In this document: one piece after another, positions 63,734 to 64,000 of the stretch | Numbering within the stretch: position 1 is the first letter of the stretch | Layout: the number at the start of each line of letters is the position of its first letter | From: Chiloscyllium plagiosum | Taxonomy: Eukaryota | Reading direction: 5' to 3' | DNA length: 64,000 nt | Assembly: GCF_004010195.1 (NCBI RefSeq) | Contig: NC_057718.1 | Location: forward strand, 86,481,514-86,545,513 | Translations under genes and position numbers: made by a program | The notes under the pieces: generated by a model | Database searches by the model: none | The model's input: the letters and a program-made list of their open reading frames with translations, nothing else | What the model was told of the DNA's origin: nothing

Positions 63734-64000
63734 CTGAGCAGGATGTTTTCATTAGGGTCCTTAGTTTGTGGAATTCACTTTACCAGAACGCAGCATAATT
63801 GAAATATTCAGGACTGAGTTAGATAGATTTTTGATCAAAAAGACAGTGGAGTATTTTGGGAAGCAAACAGGCAGGCAGAGTTTGAGACCACAATCAGATC
63901 AGCCATGGTCTTTCTAAATGGCAGAGCAGGCTCAGGGTGCCATATACTATTTTTATGACTTTTTTTGCAAAACCTGCATAGTTGAAATGGCATTAAGTTA

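Overview
Eukaryotic, repeat-rich vertebrate DNA, most likely from a shark or other cartilaginous fish (inferred from HE1-like SINEs, CR1/HER1-like LINEs and Penelope-like elements), with a 420-N assembly gap at 25266-25685. Two genes lie head-to-head. The first coding exon of IYD (iodotyrosine deiodinase) is on the minus strand at 8244-8079. A complete 8-exon LRP11 gene is on the plus strand (26057-59857; 1548 nt, 515 aa): signal peptide-MANSC-PKD-LDLa-linker-Kunitz-TM-DYLINGMYL tail. It includes a Kunitz exon with Glu at P1 that is not in the human LRP11 sequence as I recall it. The rest is nested mobile DNA: CR1 LINEs (one with a 5' inversion), tRNA-derived SINEs, solo LTRs, a decayed pogo/Tigger transposon, a zinc-finger relic abutting a SINE, and many Penelope-like fragments carrying minimal hammerhead-ribozyme motifs of at least three sequence families. 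Most short ORFs in the track are repeat-derived and not genes. Gene and family names come from my recall of homologues, not from database searches, and repeat boundaries are approximate.
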